From Azolla caroliniana (taxonomy: Eukaryota > Plantae > Polypodiophyta): a DNA stretch of 54,533 bases. The first letter of the stretch is position 1; the number at the start of each line of letters is the position of its first letter. Shown here in pieces: positions 50,965-54,533 of the stretch. The translations under genes and the position numbers were made by a program. Location of the stretch: contig JBHGNT010000198.1 of assembly GCA_043228905.1 (NCBI GenBank), forward strand, positions 1 to 54,533, written 5' to 3'. The notes below the pieces were generated by a model. That model did no database searches, was not told the DNA's origin, and worked only from the letters and a program-made list of their open reading frames with translations.

Positions 50965-51071
50965 CTCAGTTGATAAGGTTACCCAATGGAGCCCAGGTGG
51001 TCATTGGTTCAACTCCTACATTCCACGGTGGTATCTAGTGAAATAAGATATATCTTTGGAGTATGTAACGG
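50963..51071 (+). mobile_element. possible tRNA-derived SINE head after a (GA)n tract
   Basis: A-box-like GGCTCAGTTGA (50963-50973) and B-box GGTTCAACTCC (51006-51016) at tRNA spacing. Confidence 0.45.
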
Positions 51072-51788
51072 TGTCGCGAAGTTTCGCGCACGTGTGTTAC
51101 TTGGGCGGGACCACGGGGGTCTCAGACTAGGGAGTACTCAAGGGATAGAGAAGACCCGAGGTTTGCTTTATGACAATACTACTTCCCGACCCCTTTCCAA
51201 GCAAGGTCTCGTTGCCCTTTGTTTTGTGAGGCCGGTGGCTCTCGTTGATCACGACTACCAATTTATGTCGCGAAGTTTCACGCACACGTGTTACTTGGGC
51301 GGGACCACGGGGGTCTTGGACTAGGGAGTACTCAAGGGATAGAGAAGACCCCAGGTTTGCTTTACGACAATACTACTTCCCGACCCCTTCCCGAGCAAGG
51401 TCTCGTTGCCCTTTGTTTTGTGAGGCCAGTAGCTCTCGTTGATCACGACTTGTCGACCTTCCGAGATCACCATACGAGCCAAGTGACCAAACGGGTACAA
51501 GCAAGATGAGCACGCAACATGAACGCACAAGGGGACGATAACACAAACACGAATGTCCGTACGTCTTTATGAGGAGGAGAGGTGCATGGGCGCGCCCGAA
51601 CGATCCCTCGTCACAAGACGTCGAACGTACGAGGAAGACACAAAACACATGGACAAAATGCTCGTACGCCTTTATGAGGAGGAGAGGTGCATGGGCAAGC
51701 CCGAACGGTCCCCTTGTCACAAGACGGCCGAACGTACGAGGAAGACACAAACACACACACAAATGCTTGTACACCTTTATGAGGAGGA
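51072..51788 (-). mobile_element. LTR (3' part) of an unclassified element with duplicated U5 end and ~105-bp internal repeats, interrupted by copia copy 3
   Basis: Terminus TGTCGCG at 51072 and 51266 (194-bp duplication); repeats at ~51556, ~51661 and ~51767. Confidence 0.55.
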
Positions 51789-52644
51789 TGTTGGAAAAAC
51801 AGTGCTCGGCCACAACCGAGGAATAGGATCAACTTTCAGAAAACAGGAAATACAAAATGCACGAAGTACAATAGAGAGAAGAGTACACGGGATGTTTTAC
51901 GTGGAAAACCCTAACTGGGAAAAAACCACGGGAGTCCTCAAACTCCAACTATCACTATGAACAGAGATGTACAATGGTGAAGCTTCAAGGCAACAACCTT
52001 GAGCTCACTGTCTTCGCCACAGGCGGCGGTAATACACAGAGGCAACGACCTCTTCGTCTCTCTCTGTCTCTCTCGGCTGCTCTCTTCACTCTCTCAAAGT
52101 GAAAACAGAAAAATGAGCAACAACAGCAAAACTGTTTGCCCTAAGTCATATTTATACACATATGACTTTCGGGCTATTTACAAATATAGCCTCAAGGGCC
52201 CTTGGCAAACATATTCACAAATATGTCCCCGCATCCGGATATCTCTCCGGGTACATTCATCATCCGGCTCCGTAGCCGGGGTCTTCGTCATCCGGCTCCG
52301 TAACCGGGGTCTTCATCATCCGGCTCCGTAACCGGGGTCTTCCTCATCCGGCTCCGTAGCCGGGTCTTCGTCATCCGGCTCCGTAACCGGGGTCTTCCTC
52401 ATCCGGCTCCGTAGCCGGGTCTTCGTCATCCGGCTCCGTAACCGGGGTCTTCATCATCCGGCTCCGTAGCCGGGGTCTTCCTCATCCGGCTCCGTAGCCG
52501 GGTCTTCGTCATCCGGCTCCGTATCCGGGGTCTTCATCATCCGGCTCCGTAGCCGGGTCTTCGTCATCCGGCTCCGTAACCGCAACCAGGCCTGCCATCA
52601 TTCATCTCCGGACATCCCATCCGGAGGGACCGAAAATCCCAACA
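51789..52644 (-). repeat. 3' LTR of copia copy 3 (856 bp; 12 tandem 27-28 bp U3 repeats)
   Basis: TGTTGGG...TTCCAACA on minus; CATCCGGCTCC recurs 12 times across 52261-52576. Confidence 0.92.
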
Positions 52645-52654
52645 AACTCCCCCT

Positions 52655-54533
52655 TCACTTCGGCATGGAATGTCTCTCCAATCCGATCCTCTTCCGGCAT
52701 GCTTCCAGCTTGTCGGGTGTAAGTACCTTGGTCAGCATATCCGACCCGTTCTCGTCCGTGTGGATCTTCGTCAGCACGAACTCCTTGTCTTCTATCCTTT
52801 CCCGGATCCAGTGGTATCTACGCTGGATGTGCTTCGTCCGGGAGTGATAGGTCGCATTCTTCGCAAGGCGGATGGCACTCTGACTGTCGCAGTAGAGTCG
52901 GTACTCCTCCTGCCGGATACCGAGCTCTCTAATGAAGTCCTTCATCCATATTATTTCTTTGCCGGCTTCAACGGCCGCCATGTACTCCGCCTCCGTGGTT
53001 GACAACGCAACCGTCTTCTGCAGCCTCGACTGCCACGAAACAGCTCCCCCTGCATACGTCATCACATACCCGGATGTGGACCGGCTGGTATCTGCATCAG
53101 CCGACATATCCGAATCGGTAAAGCCGTCGAGTTCGGGCTTACCGGAGCCGAATCGGAGGCATACGTTTGCCGTGCCCTTTAGGTATCGGAGTATCCACTT
53201 GACCGCGTTCCAGTGTTCTTTGCCGGGATTGCTCATGTACCGGCTCACCACTCCGACTGCATATCCTATGTCCGGTCTTGTACACACCATTGCGTACATC
53301 AAGCTTCCGACGGCAGAGGCATATGGTACTTTCATCATGTCCTCTTTCTCATCCTTTGTCTTGGGGCTTTGCTTGCTGGACAGCTTGCAGTTTGCCGGGA
53401 GGGTTGATCCGACCGGTCTTGCTTCCGACATGTTGAACCGGTGAAGCACCTTTGTTACGTACTTCTCCTGTGACAGCCACAACTGCTTCTTGCTCCGGTC
53501 CCGGATGATGTGCATCCCTAGTATTTGTCTCGCCGGACCCAAGTCCTTCATTGAGAAGGTTCGGTGAAGAGCCTTCTTCAGCATCCGTATCTTGAACTGG
53601 TCCCGTCCGACGATCAACATGTCGTCCACATACAGGAGGAGTATTAGAAAGTCTCCTCCTTCGAACTTCTTCACAAACACGCAGTGGTCGGACTGCGTTT
53701 TGCGGTACCCTTCGTCGGTCATGAAAGAGTCGAACTTCCGGTACCATTGCCGGGGAGCCTGCTTCAGTCCGTAAAGGCTCTTCTTCAACCGGCATACCAG
53801 GTGCTCCTTCCCTTCCTTCTCGAATCCTTCCGGTTGCTGCATGTAGATCTCTTCTTCGAGATCACCGTGAAGGAATGCCGTCTTCACGTCCATCTGTTCT
53901 ACCTCGAGGTCCATGCTTGCCGCTATGCTCAACACCGTTCGGATGGAGGTCATCTTCACTACCGGGGCAAATATCTCGTCGAAGTCGACGCCCTTCTTCT
54001 GCTGAAACCCCTTCACCACGATCCTGGCTTTGTATCTCGGGGGGTTTCCGGCATCTCCCGGTTTCAGCTTGAACACCCACTTGTTTCGTAGTGCCCGCTT
54101 TCCTTTCGGCAACACCACAAGTTCATATGTGTGGTTCTCATGCAGGGAATCCATCTCTTCCTGCATGGCACTCAACCACCTGCGGCTCTGGGTGTCATGC
54201 TTTGCTTCTTCAAAGCTCTCCGGCTCCCCCTCGTCGGTTAGCAGCACGTGCTCTGGTTCCGGAAATCTCCGGGGGGCCCTTCTCTCTCTTAGAGGATATC
54301 TCCGTTCCGGAGCTTCGGTAACCGGTTCTTCCGATTCTTCTTCAACCGAATCCATTTCGGGATCGGGGCCGGTTCCGGTATCATTTTCATCTTCTTCGGC
54401 CGGTTCTGTTTCTTCACCGTCTTCGGCCGGATCCTCGAGTGCTAACCGGTCCCTTGCCGGTCGGGACTGCTCCTCGTAGAGTTGATTCTCACCGGTCGAC
54501 TTGGAGCTCTTCATCTTCTTCTCCGACTCCCAG
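52655..54533 (-). CDS. pol: copia pol RT-RNase H (open to window edge)
   Basis: KARIVVKGF, QMDVKTAFLHG, YVDDMLIVG, STTEAEY, KHIQRRYH. Confidence 0.93.
   Translation of the reverse strand, partial: WESEKKMKSSKSTGENQLYEEQSRPARDRLALEDPAEDGEETEPAEEDENDTGTGPDPEMDSVEEESEEPVTEAPERRYPLRERRAPRRFPEPEHVLLTDEGEPESFEEAKHDTQSRRWLSAMQEEMDSLHENHTYELVVLPKGKRALRNKWVFKLKPGDAGNPPRYKARIVVKGFQQKKGVDFDEIFAPVVKMTSIRTVLSIAASMDLEVEQMDVKTAFLHGDLEEEIYMQQPEGFEKEGKEHLVCRLKKSLYGLKQAPRQWYRKFDSFMTDEGYRKTQSDHCVFVKKFEGGDFLILLLYVDDMLIVGRDQFKIRMLKKALHRTFSMKDLGPARQILGMHIIRDRSKKQLWLSQEKYVTKVLHRFNMSEARPVGSTLPANCKLSSKQSPKTKDEKEDMMKVPYASAVGSLMYAMVCTRPDIGYAVGVVSRYMSNPGKEHWNAVKWILRYLKGTANVCLRFGSGKPELDGFTDSDMSADADTSRSTSGYVMTYAGGAVSWQSRLQKTVALSTTEAEYMAAVEAGKEIIWMKDFIRELGIRQEEYRLYCDSQSAIRLAKNATYHSRTKHIQRRYHWIRERIEDKEFVLTKIHTDENGSDMLTKVLTPDKLEACRKRIGLERHSMPK

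Larger units (their letters stand above)
51789..54533 (-). mobile_element. Ty1/copia Tnt1/Tork-like copy 3 (3' part)
   Basis: 3' LTR 51789-52644, PPT 52647-52655, RT-RH ORF nearly identical to copy 1; outer flank GAGGA (51784-51788). Confidence 0.95.

Noticed and set aside
52254-52580. CRISPR-like 27-28 bp repeats (also 3345-3540)
   Set aside because: No spacers; they are tandem U3 repeats inside LTRs.

Overview
This is eukaryotic (land-plant) nuclear DNA. A Tcn1-like chromovirus suggests a non-seed plant such as a fern, but that is inference. The first ~26 kb is a stack of nested retroelements. A Tnt1/Tork-like copia (1-4019, +) sits inside a sister copy (4020-6009, -), which sits inside a gag-like relic. 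A 5'-truncated L1-type LINE (7615-14486) is split by a decayed full-length Tcn1-like Ty3/gypsy chromovirus (8374-13974). An old copia relic hosts a young relative (15212-21150) and a chromovirus solo LTR (21545-22006). A second LINE fragment lies at 25624-26598. Two intact intron-containing host genes follow on the minus strand: a galectin-domain GT31 galactosyltransferase (GALT1/GALT3 group, 7 exons, ~717 aa) and a TOM1-like VHS-GAT protein (9 coding exons, ~711 aa). The window ends in a third Tnt1-like copia (51789-end, -). There are no prokaryotic systems, CRISPR arrays or rRNA genes. The most unusual signals are in the chromovirus: an antisense tRNA-like A-box/B-box module at the LTR tip that is kept in two divergent LTR types, a non-tRNA PBS complementary to the LTR's own predicted transcript start, and a -1 frameshift stem/pseudoknot. 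All coordinates and alignments were done by eye.
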